This document shows positions 37,663 to 52,540 of a DNA stretch of 64,000 bases, piece after piece (positions within the stretch are counted from its first letter, which is position 1; the number at the start of each line of letters is the position of its first letter). The translations under genes were made by a program, and so were the position numbers. This DNA is from Vicugna vicugna. Its lineage: Eukaryota. The DNA is taken from contig MU058451.1 of assembly GCA_013265495.1 (NCBI GenBank), positions 1,258,584 through 1,322,583 of the forward strand, in the 5' to 3' direction. The notes beneath the pieces were generated by a model. It was not told the DNA's origin and did no database searches. It worked only from the letters and a program-made list of their open reading frames with translations.

Positions 37663-37770
37663 CCTGAAGTTCAGAATTAACCCAATGGCAGCCAATGCTA
37701 TTGAAAAAGCAAAGGCAAACATGAGCACTGAGGCTGAGAGGCAAAGGCTCAGTGAGAGATGCCCATCTAG
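37663..37770 (+). other. Candidate plus-strand exon with ATG-initiated open frame MAANAIEKAKANMSTEAERQRLSERCPS
   Basis: ctctcctcttttttttttttttccggttag| ... tag|gtaagc; ATG at 37685, frame open to the donor. Confidence 0.4.
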
Positions 37771-38619
37771 GTAAGCCAGGGACGGCTTGACTGGCTTTTT
37801 AAGATAATCATCTAACTAATGAAAACATAGAAGTAAAATATTTTCACAGAAAACTTGCAAACCTCCTGGATGAGCTAAATGGACTATGGGTGAGAAACTT
37901 AAAATTAATACATCTTGGTTGAAATTGAATAATCATTTTTTAAAGTGCTGGGGGGGGACAGTGTTAGACAATAGTTAAGCAATGTTCTTGATAAATTCCA
38001 TGAGCTCTACCAAGTGCAAAGCATCACTTTCCATGCTATACCTTTTCACCGAAGGCGAAAGACATTTCCTTCCCGGGGCAATAACAGGTCTTCATGGCGT
38101 ACACATTAATCTGAGAACTCAGAAACTTTGACATAGAATTCTGAGTGCTAATGGTTGTGGGTGTAAAATGAAGTAATTTATGTGTCAGAGCTAATTAAGA
38201 TTACAGTGTTTCAAGGCACTTAAAATTCAAGTTCAAAGAACTTTTAGTGCTTTGGTCTGATAGGTGGTGTCAAGGAGATTTTGAGAGTGCTTCCTGCCTA
38301 CAGTGATTGGCGCACAGTGGCTCATTCACCACATCCCATAATTAGAATAGAACAAAACTTCACCCTTACTTCTAGGGGGAACTAAACGTTCTCAAAGATG
38401 ATTTAGTCATAATTTGCTACAATTTTAGGAAAAAAATAGAAAGCTTTTGTGGGACTTAATTTTGTTGTGATTCTTTTCATTAGGAAATGGCTTTGATTGA
38501 ATTAAGCTATATTTCTGATGTAGATGAACTATGCAAGAAGGAGCAGAAAGGAAGACAGAGGGACCCTGCAGGGAAACAGTGAAGCTTTATCTCCTAATAC
38601 TAAAGACAGTCTTCCCTGG

Positions 38620-39000
38620 GTGATGTATATACCATAACTATGTGGTTGCATGGACACTAAGGATAACAGCAAAACATGCATAAAAGTCAAAAATTGGAAA
38701 TGACAGAAATGTCCAAGACAGTACAATGGTTAATAAATGTGGTATAGTCATATAATGGAAAATTACACAACTTGAAAATGAACAAATTACAACTACACAC
38801 AACATGAATGAATTCTACAAATGGTATTGAGTGAAAGACACTAGACACCGAACAATGCATGCTGTATGATTTCATTCATACTACATTTAAAACAGGTAGA
38901 CTAATCTATAATGGTAGAAGTCAGGAGAGTGGTTACTGTAAGGGAGAGAGGACTGACTGATCAGACACGAGGGGGTTCTAATGTGATGGCAGGGTTTTAT
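38620..39000 (+). mobile_element. Old L1 3'UTR fragment (L1ME-like)
   Basis: aataaatgtggtatagtcatataatggaa...ctgtatgatttcatt...agaagtcaggagagtggttac. Confidence 0.7.
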
Positions 39001-42000
39001 GTTTGAACAATACTTACTAAGTGTTCATGACTGAGCTCTTCAATTTCACTTGTTCAGTGGGATTATGTCCACCTCAAGAGGTCATGGAAGGGTTAAATAA
39101 CAATGTGTATAAAGTGATGCGCATTATACCTTATATGTAATCAGTGCTCAAACAACTATAATTGTCATTGCTATTATTATCAATGCCATAATGTGCATAC
39201 AATACGTTTTGAAAACCATGCTCTTAGAAGTGCTTTTTTGAATCTCCATTTAGTGTTACACAATTTCTGGCACTGAGGTACATTCCTGAAAATAGCCCTA
39301 TGAAACCAGCTATAAGGGTATTAGTGAGGACATTGTTTTTTACAGTACACGTGTTCTTTCGATCAGGACCTACAGAAGAAATTTCCTTCTGATCTCAATA
39401 GGAAAATAGAGTAATGGATCTTGGTTATTGTTCAAGTTTAATCTTACATATATTGTGAATCTGGTAAATAGTTATATCTTTCTTCCTGTCTTGCTATCAA
39501 TTCTGTACTCTAATTTTATCTAATGTGGAGAGAAAAGATATATTTTCTGGATAAATTCCATTGTCCTTATTTACTTGATTTTATTTTGTTTTTATTGCAT
39601 ATTAACATAAGCCATCAAATTCTTTTTGGAATAAGGGGAAGGTATAAATGAATAAGTAAAGAACAAACAAATGACATTATGTTGCATTCAGTTATGGACA
39701 CGCCGTTAAAAATGTACTGAGTAAGTGAATAAAAGAATGATTTGGCATTTGGGGATGACTCCTTATGGGTGGCTCACTGGAATCTGAGCAAGGTTTGGGG
39801 AAAATAAAAGCCTGTGGTGTGAACAATGGACTGGAATGGATTGAAATGGGAGACAGAAGAAAGGATGAAGTTAAAGCCAGGATAATAATGTGGTCTGCAG
39901 AACATTCTATACAGAGTGTTTTTGTCACGTTGAGCAATAGATGTTTGTGGCTGATGGCGATGGGGACCAGGGTGACAGCAGTGAAAATGGACAACAAGGG
40001 GCAAGTCCAAGTGGAAGAAGTAACAGTCTGAGTGACAAATTACAGAGAAGGCACAAAAAATAAGAAACCAAGAGTGACTTAAAGATTGCTTTGAGTTTAG
40101 GATAAGTATGAGAGTTTTAAGGAACAGCTTGCTGAGGAATAGGTAACCCAAAGCTCAGAAGATACATGTAGAAATCTAGGAAATCAGTTTCTTTCTCTGA
40201 TATAAATCATTTACAAATTTAGAATTTGTGAATTCTGACAATCTAGGCTTTGCATTCCGTACATTAAATCACTGGAATGTAAGTTTGCTCTTTTTGGGTT
40301 AGGAGGAAGTGGAGACCAGTTAGGAGTGACCAAGGAGAGGGAAAAGGGAAAAAAATCCATTGTGATTTTAGTACTTTAAAAACAGAACAAAACATAAAAC
40401 ATGGGTTGTATGATAAAAGTCAATAAAACCATTGTTGCAGTGATCTACAACCATTATTCTTGATTGATTTGCTTACTCAAAACTATGTATTAGAATAAAC
40501 TTCAAGAAAGATGCAATGGTGGGCAGTGGCCTATAGTCCCCGACCTATCAAAGCTTATATTTTGGGAACACAAGCCTAAATAAATATATCTTAAAAACAA
40601 GTCATAATTTATATTGAAGTTTTGAACTTATTGATAAAATGGCTTCCATTCTCTCTTAGGCTGTAAGAAAATATTTCCCATAAAAATACAAGTTGCTGTC
40701 TCTTTACAACCTATTTTGGTAGATTTAACATCACGTTAATATTCACAAAGCAGCATTACTAAAATAACAAAGAATTCTCCCTTATTGAGTTTCCTGGAAA
40801 CTGCCTTCAGTATTTCATCCACACTTCATCTATAATTGGGAAAGGAAAAGTACTAAGTCGATTCATTGTACAAGGGGAGAATATACCTTGAATATGAAGT
40901 GTTATCACTGTTGACAGTCCAATAAGAGAGACACAGTGGAAGAATTTATGGGAGTTTCTGAAATTGGCTGAAGCAATTTTTAACACATTGTATTTCACTC
41001 TTGGACAAAACTAAAGCTATATTTCTTACACTTTTTTTTTTTTTAGAAATCAACATATAGATACTTCTCCAAAAGTTACTTGACATTATCCAATTCCATT
41101 CATTTTAAAACTCCAGTATTTGACTTTTAGGACTTCTGATTGGGATGTCTGGCCATTTAATAATTCTAATAGATTTATTGTACAGAGAACATATTTTACA
41201 GACAATAAACATTCCATAGTTGCTTAAATGCTGTATGCTTTCAAACTGCCCATGGAGGGTACCTTCCTAGGGTCCTACATGTTTGCTAGGCAAATAGGGA
41301 AACCTTCATAAACTAAACAGCCCTGAGACATTCATGTGCTTTATCTTTCAGTGTCCCCAAGTTTCATTTGATTTATGCATCTTTTTTTCTCCCTGTCAGG
41401 CAAGTTTCTCAGAAAAAGCTGGAGTCACTTCCCTGTGTCTGCTTAGCCCTAACAAAAAAGTAAATCTTATTTTTCCTTTGCTTGAAATACATGTATCAAT
41501 GAGTTCTTTCACTCAGCAGTCCTGAGGGTCCAGGATAAAAACTGCAGCTTGAGGTGGAGATTTGAAGAATGTATTTTTAAGAACATATTTTCATTTTGAA
41601 GGTGAAGAAGCCAAGTTTAAGTCAATTTCCCAGAGCAGAGTGAGGTTTAGAACTCAGAAGTCATACACAAATAGCACACCAACAACGAATGCTGGCTTCT
41701 CAATTCGATTTTTCTGAATTCTGCATTTTTTCCACCTATGGACTGTATCTTTATTTTTCTCTACATGTCATCATTGTAACCAATATCTATTTGAGGTTAA
41801 ATTAGAGCAAGTGTACCCAGTAAGTTGTGAAAATTACTCTAATGTTCTGAGCACAAAATTATTGTATTCATTGTAGCTTAAAAAATTATCTGGGGCATAC
41901 TGTTAAATTTTAAATTATTTTAGTTCATCTTTTTATGATTTACATTACTTTTGAAAAAATATTTGTCCTCAAAGATATTTTTCAGGATCCACTTTTCTTC

Positions 42001-43240
42001 CAGGATTGAAATTATAGCAATAACTGGATTATTTAGAGAAATTACAGTGTTTTTTTTTCATGTGTCATATGCTTCCTTCCTGTTACTCCTGAAAACGCCC
42101 CAGACACAACCCAAAAGCATGAGCAAGGTACAGTCCATTGTCCACACATAGTGTAAGCTGAGCAAGTGTTTGTTTAGTCTGGAAGAGGAAGAGAAGATAG
42201 ACAACTGGCCAGTTTGTAGAGAGCTTGCCCTTCAGTTGTTGGAGATGATTTTTGTCCGTGTCATTCTCACATTTGGACAGCGTTGATGACCATCTTTTCG
42301 TACTTAGAGTGGCTGTTTTCTGCTGTCTTATGCACTGTGACCTCACAGTCTGAAGGCAAGGCCAGCACATTTTATTTCAGTACTGACCGTCATTCAAGTA
42401 CCTCATCAGCTGGTTTGAAAAGCAGATCAGCTCACACTCCTTTTTTCCATCATTCTATTTTTTTAGGTGCAGAACCCAAGACCCAGGAAGTGAAGTAATT
42501 TATCCAAAGACACGCGGCAGATTAGTGTTAGAAGTGGTTGTTGAAATAATTTCCAAGCATCAGATTCAGTGAAAAAGAAAATTCTCCAAATAGCTGTTTC
42601 CTGTCTCTTAAATGTAGCCAATGGCTTTCTATCCGTGCGCACCCTACAGACACAACATGCACACACACACCCACGCGCATTCACCCAAACGTTTTTAAAA
42701 GTTAGGAGTCAGCCACTCTTACCAGATTTTCACTTGTTCTACCTTTTCATCACTTTGTTTGGCACTTCAGCTTAAGTTTGGAGGTGAGGTTGGCTCTCAG
42801 GCCCCAGCCAGGGGCGCAGATGGTGCCCTCCAGGGGCACGTCACCACTTCACCGGCTCCTCGCGGCCCTCAGGTCCCTCAGGACGACCTACACAGGCTTC
42901 CCTCTCTAGCGTCCACATTCTAGCATCTTCCTGACCTGCCCTGTCCCTCACCCTGCCTCACTGCCCACATACCATACCCTTAACCTGGGTCCCAGTCCTT
43001 CAGTCTCCACCAGAGGCCACAGTAGCAGCCGGCAAGGGGGGATGTTAACTTCTGCTCACAAATATTTGTACGTTCACAGGGCCTTCTGCAGGCCACACCT
43101 AGGCCAAAAGACTGACTCCCACACACTGAGGATTTCTGTCACCCAGGCAAAGAGGCCTTTGAAATCTTTGACACTAGCCACACTCTTTAGCCAGCCACTT
43201 GCCATTTCTCATCATATTTTCCAGTAAAGTTGGATGGTGG

Positions 43241-43620
43241 ATGTTACGGCCAGGGCTGCCATAACAAAGTACCACAGACTGGGTGCCTTAAACAACAGAA
43301 ACGCATTTTCCCACAGGCTAGAAGTCTGAGATCAAGATGTCAGCAGAGTTGCTTTCTTCTGAGGCCCCTCTCTCTTTGGCATTTAGATGGCTGCCTTCTG
43401 CCTGTGTCTTCACACGGCCCCCCTTTGCAACTGTGGGTGTCCTAATGCTCCCTTCTTCCGAGGACATCAAAATATTAGATTAGGGCCCATTCTAACGACC
43501 TCATTTTAAGTTAACTACCTCTTTAAAGACTCTATCTCCAAATACAGCCATATCCCGAGGTGCTGGGAGTTAGGGCTTCAACATACGACATAGATGGGGG
43601 AGACAGTTCAGTCCACAACG
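43241..43620. mobile_element. MaLR LTR (MLT1A/B-like)
   Basis: cagggctgccataacaaagtaccacagactgggtgccttaaacaacagaaa...ttagggcttcaacata. Confidence 0.9.
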
Positions 43621-46600
43621 GACGTGAAGGTCAAAGTCTCAGTTCATCTACTTGTCTTGTATTCTACCCGGTATCAGAGTAATTCGACAATGAGAGATGA
43701 CTTAGACTTGTTTTACGTCATGGAACTTCTCTAAAACACTTTGGTTCTAGAATAAAAAGTGATATAATTCAGTTACCGATAGAAATTTTTGCTACCACAG
43801 GTGTGCTCTTTCGTATAGTGTTGTGGGCACATATGTTCTAGATCTGCACTAGTTTCAGCTCTTCAGGATAATCCTTCCACTGAGACATGTTATAAAATAT
43901 TTTTTTCAAAAATAAATTTGGTATTGCTATTGTCTAAAATTATTTTCCTTTATGTTTTAAAATTTTTAAATGTTTACCTAATTATATTTATAATATTAAT
44001 AATAAAACCTTATTTAACCCATTTGGATTTCCCCCTTAAGTATACTCATAACCATATGTGAAAATGTTAATTTCTACACTCAGTAATCTTTATGACTAAA
44101 GAAAAAAACTTCATTAATGTCATAATTTATCTTTTCTGCAGTGGTTTGATAAAACATTTGATAAACCATGGGTCTCTAAGTCATGACTATTTGTGGTTCA
44201 ATAACCAATGAGGTATTACATTGATGAGAGACCAATTTCTCCATTAAGATAAATACAAACATGATCTTCTCCAAGTAAAATATATACTTTAAACAGTAAG
44301 AATTGGAATAATTTTAATTTTCTCCTATGATTTTTTTATATTTCCAATACAATGCTATGTTTTAATTTTATAATTGGAAAATAGAAAAATTTATTTTTTA
44401 AAAAGAATAAAAACATTTAAATGTTCAGTATATCTTACAATGGCCCTCTCAAACTAACCATTTAGCATATTATTCTATGGTCTATTTGTTTCCTAAAGTG
44501 GCCAAATTTTATATGACTTTAAAATGGTTGAACTAAATTCTATTACGATTGAGATTGAAGGACATTTAAACACAAACATATTTACGAGGCAATCGTGGGA
44601 AAATAATATGCACCCACAAGAGCCCCACAGATTTTCACAGTTTATACACAGACAACTCTGCTCTGGTTCAGAGAGAATTGCTCCAGGCCATTTTTTATGA
44701 TTTCTTGTCAACAAATTATACATACTAGACTGACAGCCCGAAGCCCCAGTTTTCTGCTTTAGAGAACACAGATAGTAAGAGCCACCTCTCCTTCCCCCAC
44801 GTCTACTGGAGCCCCATCAGCTCGTAGAGAAGAAAAACACAAGATAGAAACAGAAGGTTCTAGAAAACTACTTAATAGAGTTAGAAAATATGTTCTTTGT
44901 TTAGATTTACTACGAGGGTGAGAAAAACTATGTGGAAAAATCCCAAGAATATGGCAATATTCATTCATTAATTCAATAAATATTTTTGAGATCTAAGTGG
45001 GAGACACAGACAGAGGCCCTGGGACTATGATCAGGAATAGGACAAGGTTCTTGCCCTTGTGGAATTTGCAGTCTAGCAGACAAGATAGACAGCAAGTAAG
45101 GAACTAAACAACAGGTCATATCAGTATATAGTAATAGTCCAATTAATACAAATAATAGCATAATCACATAATTATTTATAGTTAACTACAAAAAGTAATA
45201 ATTCTATGAAGGAAATTGGGTACTGTGATAACAAAAGGAACCTATTTAAGATAACGATTGCACTGAGCATAAACGTAATTCTTTGTAGATTTTATATAGG
45301 TTGGGGGACTTGTGTTTTGCCCTTTAAATCCAGGGATTGAGCATGCAATGAGAAATCCTAATGATACAAAATTAGCTGCATTAAGAAGAACTAATTACGA
45401 ATTACCCAAAAAAGAGCACTTTTCAGTATTAGGGACATTTTGTTTCTCTAGATTGTTCTCCCCTTTAATCACATACATACACACAAGTCATCATTTTAAA
45501 GTTTTTGCAGCACCTTTGTTTGTTGGAAATCTCAGAAAATTGCCGAACATTTACTGAGCCCCTACAGAGCCATTATAAACCCATTTTGTGAAAGTCACAA
45601 GTGGAAGGATGGGTGGAAAAAAGAAAAACAAATTTTGTCACTCATGAAATATGCCTAGATCCAACCTTCACTAACCCCATTGTGTAAAACATTCAGAATA
45701 TTATTGAGAGAAAGCTTACAAGTGTAAATATACTTATTCTCAATGAAATCAACACCATCCGACTGATTTGTAACTATTCCCTTAATGCTGCTATAAACTT
45801 TATTGCAGTGAAAACACTGGTTCTACAGATTGCTTTCCTCTTCCTCAGGATGTGTTTGACCTTTGTGGCATTGCCACTATAAATCTCATGGCCCAACAAC
45901 CCCTTGTCTGCAAGTGATTTCAAGCACTATCATAAAAATGAAACAGACAGACTTAATTTGAGTTCCAGACTTGAGGAAACTCAACTAAAATATTAGCATA
46001 ATTTTGCTGAGGATGGAGGAAATTGTTAAAATATGTGTATTAGAGAGTGTCTGCAATTTGATCCATCTTTTCTGGCTCTTGGGTGCCACCCAGTGATTAA
46101 CTTAGCGGCAGGTTTCTCAAAGGGTCTGTGGTGCACAGACAGCCGCTGGTCACAGGAGAGCAGGGGCAGAGATACTAGGTAGGAAGGGCTGAAGTCCTAA
46201 ATTAAATTTAGGGATTGAAAAAAAATCACTGTTTAGAGATTTTTGTGTCCCATCCAGAAAAACCCAGCCTCTACTGATGTGTTCCTTCCAGACACCCAGA
46301 CGTCCAGATGATCTGCATGGGAATGAGGAAAATCAGATCTTTGAAACACAGACTGGGTGTGCATTACGTAGGAAGAAAAGCAGCAAGAAGTAACCGTTAC
46401 TGGCTTCCCTTTCTTTCCTCATCTTCTTCCCCATCCCTGTTCCACGCTGCCTGGTCCCTCTCCCCAATTCTGTCCTGAGAGAGAGCTTGAAAAACTCTGC
46501 TGTATAAACACAGAGACAGGAGGCTGATTCCACCAGGTGATTATTTTCATCTCATACTTACTAGACCGCTTCTTGCTTTTATAATTCATGAGGTGGAGAT

Positions 46601-49600
46601 AAGAACACACACTGCCCTTAGCCTCACACTCCACAAAAATCAACAACTATCCAGTGTTGTGGTTGTTTGTCAACAGAGTTCTCTTTCTTTTCATAATATT
46701 TGTGGCATATACAACACATTTTACCAAGGATTCATGTTGTTTTTTGGGAGGTAAAGCAATATACACTTATCTTAATGGGCCTGTGTTTTCTTTTAGAAAA
46801 ATATAAGTTTATACATAGTACTTCTCTATAATGATACATATTTTGATTAGTATGTATTATATATTACATGTTTTATTGGTATGTATCATATAAAATAGTA
46901 CATATGTAATTTTATTCATTATGTCTATTTTATATATAATACATAATATTATCTGCTTATTTTATCACTTGTCTAGTCTCTCCTGCACTAACTTCTTAAA
47001 GGTCCACCCATGTCATGCAGAGGGCAGGGGTAGATCTTACACAGAAGTACCAACAGGACATGGATTCCTCAAGCCATTGCGTTTTCTTCCTGCTCCGCAG
47101 CTATCATCATGGTTTACAAGGGAGGTAGGATCAGAGGACAGAGAGTTGAAAAAGAAAAAGGAAATATATACTGCAAAGGACTAAGAAGGTCCCTATGAAT
47201 GAGGTGGGAAGGGTGGAGCAGGCTCTGGGATGGGAAACGAGTATCGCCATCGGTCCCCTAGTCTCCACCGTGTAGCTGCACCATCACCCCCTTCCGCAGA
47301 ATCTGCTCCCCCCGCCCCACACCCTCTCAGCCCTCTGTCTGCTCTCTCTGCCCTGGATCTACAGTCTGGCTGAATAAAGCCAAAGGGTGGTGGTGATGGT
47401 CACAGCAGGTCCAGACGTTGGCCCGAGGCAGGTAAGGACAGCAAGAGTTCATCTGCAGAAACTGGATACCACCAAGATGCCGAAGAGCTAAAGCAGTGGC
47501 GGATGCCAGATGAACTGGGGACAGACACAAAGACGTCTTCCCTGGAAGAAACCTCTAGAGGAACCCCATGGACCTGTGGCCTTCATTCAATGCCATGTTT
47601 TGAAGAGGCTGGAGGTCCTCTCAGCCGTATCCCTGTCCTGGCGGTTGTGGTGACACCTTAGGAGGAAAGGGGGAAAGGAAACTATGTTCTCAGACCCTCT
47701 TAGTTACAGGCTGCCTTCTCACAAGGAGGCTGCTTTGCCAAAGCCAAGTTGATGAAGAGACCCTTACGCTGGTCCACGACTGAGATGCGTGAGACCCCTC
47801 CTGATTGTGGTTTCTCACGGTGGTACCACACCAGCAGGGAGATGAAGTGCTTTCGTTTATGATGATATCAGACTTTTTAGCCAGTTTTACTCATTTATGG
47901 ACTGTTGACACATGCCAGGCACTGGGCCTGTGCCGTTTAAAACTTAAAACCTCTAAATACATGTTATTATTATTACCCTCCTACAAATTTGTATAGTTGT
48001 GTAAACGGAGGCTAACAAGGTAATAAGTACTTGTCCAAACTCACGTCGCTGGTAACTAGCAGGTAGGATTCATCTTCTGGCAATTTAACCCCAGAGCCTT
48101 TTAGTAGCTCATCATTTGACACAATGTTCAAAATAACATATATTATAAATGCTTTAAAAATTGCAAATTAAAATGAACTGTCTCAATATGGATTAAGCAA
48201 ACTGACCTAGTCTTAACATGGATTAAATATTAAATAAGCTAATTTCCTTTTTTTAACACCATTATAACACCACTGTTTTTGGAAATACACTCTGACTTTG
48301 TATCAACTTACAAATAGAATGTTGAAACACAACCAGCTGGTAAGCTGGGTATTAACTACGTACATGATTTACTGGGAAAATTGAGCAAAATCTTTATTTA
48401 CCACAAAATCTGATCATTTAAATCTGCAATTTCTGAGATCCATTCCAGTCCTGTTTATTAACATAAATGTTCACGAAGGTGAATTCTTTTACCTCAGAAC
48501 TGCTGGAGGTCAAGACTTACTTAAATAGAAGCTTTGGATTCATCCAATTAGCACATCATTGAAGCTCTGGGTTTTTACAGTTTAAATCGCAAAAGAAATA
48601 ACCTGACTCAGAGAGATTTTCAGCCTAGGCTTCCGCAAATCTCTGATTCTCCAATGAAACATTCAGTGATTTCATTTTGCACAGGCTTTACCCTGATGTA
48701 TTCACTACGGGCCCCTGAACCCATCCTCACATAATTAACACATTAACATGTTGAGTGAAATTGTTTTATATCATCCAACTGGATGTCAAACATAATGAGT
48801 TTGATTGGAGTATAATTATTATTTGTCCTGGAAAGTTATTGACCAAAACATCCATGTACTGGTTAATTGCCGACAACAGTGGGTCTCCAGGAATGAAAGA
48901 GAAGATTCAGCTGCCATCATATTAATAGGTGAGTGTTTTTCCTGTTTGTTTTAGGAGGAGAGAATGATTCCAGCCCATCTAAAAGCAAACTCTCCAAGGA
49001 AGAGCTGGACAAAGCCTCATTTCATATCATTTAAATAAAAATTTTACTGAGTCAAAAGGCCATCACTGCTATTCTAGGGCTCTGACTTGCACTGTAACAA
49101 GAACTCCAAAGGAGCATGATACATATATACCAGGCTGATGCTGAATTCCAGAACTGGGCCTAAAATCATAGATCAATATGGTGCTGCCCAAATGCTCAGC
49201 TGTGCTCTGGAAACAGACTCATTCCTGGAAGGCCAGGAACTGGCTTCCTTTGGAGCAAGGCAGCCAAGGATGTTCAGGAAATGGCGACTCAACAATCAGC
49301 AACTAACCCCAAGGTTTACCACTTTGGAACTGGACACATGGGCAAGTCGGACAATCACATAAATACACAAAAGCAGCCACTTCTTCACTGCTTTGGAGAG
49401 GATATGCACCTTCCTCACGTCTGCTCCAGTGAGGTATCAGAGCTTCCCTTGACCGCTGATCCTCTGCTCCCTCCTCCTGCTTCGTCTGTCTTCAGGGCAC
49501 TTACCACTACCGAATACATTATTTATATATTGTTTACTGACAGTTTCCACCAGTTAAAATGTCAGGTCTGGGAGGGCAGGGCCTTGGCTCTGGTCACCTA

Positions 49601-50520
49601 ACAAGCATTCAGTGACTGGTGGATGAATGAACTTTGGGGGTCTCAGTCTGTCTCTCTGTATAATCTTGTTTGTCAAGATTAAACAGACCTGTGCCTTACA
49701 CATAGTGGGCACTTTTCTGCATATTTCTCACACTGATTGGAGGGAGAACAGCTTTGCTTCTGGGAACCTCTGGCTTTTATACCCTCTAATCTACATCATC
49801 GGGACCATCAAAACCACAGGCTTTTCTGTCCCATGGATAGAAAAGACAGTCTGCTCATTTGTCACCTATTCACTCAACAAACATTTATGCAGCATATGTA
49901 GGGACTCCTCTGATACTCTGGAAAGATTCCTCGTAGCTGAAGTTTCTAGAACTTTCGTTTTTCCTGGGTCCAGAATGTGCCTGAAGCTGGATGCTGCCCC
50001 TCATCCTCCCCGGTCTGGCCTGAAACCTGCAGCAGCCTCCGCAGGGAGGGCCCTGCTTATTTTCCGCAGCTTCTTGTTGGCATGAGAGCGATGCTGTTTT
50101 ATCTTTCCCTACTTAGTGAGAGCGAACCTAATTTCTTTCTTAAGCTATTTCATCTAGAAAATCTTATTTTCCTCAGGGAAAATGACAGCAAAGAATTTGA
50201 TTTCAATTGTAGTAGCAGTAACCCTTGTTCTAGCCCCAGAATTCTTAGCAAAACCTCTTGTTTGTAATAGAAACGGGCAAAATTAGTGAGGAAAGCAACC
50301 ACTAAAATATGGTCTTGTCTTAAACACTTGTGCAGCCATTAAATCTGGATTGAGTTAGCCAAGGTACCTCCTGATGTGTATCTCAGCAAAACAGATTCTT
50401 TTTTGCATTCACGTGGAGAGAGCTGTAGCATCAATCTCTTCCAGCAATTGCTCTCACAGTATCCTTAAGTCAATCACATTCTCATCTGGCTAATTATTCA
50501 CTTCAGAAAGATGAGGTATG

Positions 50521-50652
50521 AGGGGGAGGATATAGCTCAAATGGTAGAGCGCCTGCTTAGCTTGCACTAGGTCCTGGGTTCATTCCCCAGTACCTCCACT
50601 GAAAAAGTAAAAAAAAATAAAATAAACCTAATTACCTCCCCTCTGCAAAAAA
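50521..50652 (+). mobile_element. tRNA-derived SINE, Vic-1-like (camelid), with TSD
   Basis: tRNA-Ala-like head with A box (tagctcaaatgg) and B box (ggttcattcc), tail aaataaacctaattacctcccc plus A-run; TSD agaaagatgaggtatg (50505-50520) / agaaagataaggtaag (50653-50668). Confidence 0.9.
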
Positions 50653-52319
50653 AGAAAGATAAGGTAAGGTGACCACCTGAGCAAGGTTCTACTCATGAAT
50701 TCCTACAGTCTGGCTGATAGTTGTCAGAAACAATGGCATCTGAAAATCTGTAGGTTGTGAATAACTGTTCTGATTTTATTTTAGTATCTTAAGCCTGATG
50801 AATGGAGAAGTCCTGTGAACCATGAGTTGATTTATTAGAACACAAATTCATTCTGCATGATTCCTATGGAGTCTTGGCCAAGGTTTCTTAATCCACTCTT
50901 GTGGAAAAGAACATGCCTTTGACAAAGTAATGATGCTTTCCAATCTTTGCTTTTAAGCTAAGATATCCCAGATATCAAGATAATGCAGTGGTCACCTTCA
51001 GCCAATGCAGTTTACCCACAAATGGAATGTTTTATGGCCAAAGTAATTCATGCACATTATTTGGGGATAGCTTTCACTTCTCTGGCAGTTTCTTGACTAA
51101 CTACATCTCTATAGAAAATAGAAGATGCAGAATCTCCAAATCTTGTATAATCTTGTGATTTGGTTTGTCATCAGAGATAAACCAGAATTTACGTTACTAT
51201 GAAAATGTCCAGTGATGGTGCACAACACGATTTGGATGTTCAGTGGTAGATGGAGCACATTTGCCTCTCCTGTTGCTCTTTAGAGTGGTGGGTGGTTTTT
51301 TTTAGTCAGAAGCACTTTGCCAAAGATGTAGCCGAGAGGGTGGGAGAGTCCAGATATAATTTTTGATCACTATGAATTTTAAGACAAGGCCTTGGAAGTA
51401 ACTGTAGAACTTCCTGATTCTGACAAAAATCGTTCTGTCAACTTTGATTTGGGTCTGTGATTTCAGTCTGTCTGCTGTTTTTCTTGAATAATGAGTAATA
51501 CACATTTTTCGAACATTGTGTAGCAAAACATATTTCCAGCACACTTGTACTGGGGCCTTCTCAAGATGATTTGGTAATGCTAAAATGTACTATAGCTGTA
51601 AGTTTTACATGTAGACTTGACTTTGGACACTGGCTTTCAAAGAAACATTGTTTTAGATTAAAACACAAATTTTTACAGAATAGAACCCCAAATTTAAATG
51701 TATTTTAAAGCTGAACATAGGATTTCAAAGAAGTTCTGACCTTGCTGGGCATCCCTTCTGGCCAGGCCCCCAACCTAGGATCTATGCGATCCTCTGTCTG
51801 CTGTTGGGGGTATGTGGTGGGAAAGTCTCCAGAGAATGTTTTATGCTAGAGTGCTGGGATAAGAACTCTTAATGTGTTCACAGACTTAGAAGTGAATGAC
51901 CACTTCACAGGTTAGAAAACTTTCCTTAGACTGTAATACAGCATCATGGAATGCCTTTTTTCTTGCAGGCAATAATGAGGCTCTGCATTGGTTGCCTTTT
52001 ATGGAAGAAAAATGTGGTAGAAATTAGATAGTACCAGAATGACCTGAAATGCTTAGTTTGCTTTTGGAGGAGGTATATCGTGGTTTCTTCCCTCCCTCCT
52101 TATCTTGAACGAAGTAAATATCTATCATTCTGGGGCAGTGACTTAATAATGAACCTAGCACAGTTCTGATTTTATAGTGTAACTTTTCCACTGTTAGGTC
52201 AAATCAATGTAGGACTTCCTAGAATATTTTTGTGAGTCTCTTTTCAGTTGACACATTCACTCAGTTGTCCTGTGGAGCCTTTGAATTCATCAGAGCCCTA
52301 AACCTTCTTCCTGCATGCT

Positions 52320-52540
52320 AAGAGTTGGCAGATTGCTCTTTAAAGACTGAGATAATAAATATTTTAGGCTTTGCAAGCCACGAAGTCTCAGCTACAACTA
52401 CTCAACTTTGCCATTGTAGCAGGAAAACAGTCACAGGCGATATGTAACAAATGGGCGTGGCTGTGTTCCGATAAAACTTTATTAACAACAATGTGGAGAC
52501 AGTAGACTTTAGCTGAGGGCGGTTTGCTGACTCTGCCATA
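52320..52540. mobile_element. MER58A-like hAT-Charlie MITE
   Basis: aaatattttaggctttgc...caactactcaactttgccattgtagc...gggcgtggctgtgttccgataaaacttta. Confidence 0.88.

Noticed and set aside
48892..48928. Short plus-strand exon ending tag|gtgagt
   Set aside because: Weak acceptor and no supporting neighbours; could be chance
49627..50085. 152-aa hydrophobic ORF
   Set aside because: No splice or domain support; flanked and partly overlapped by L2-like remnants
50521..50600. tRNA-Ala gene
   Set aside because: Mismatched stems, a SINE-type tail, an A-run and a TSD show it is a SINE
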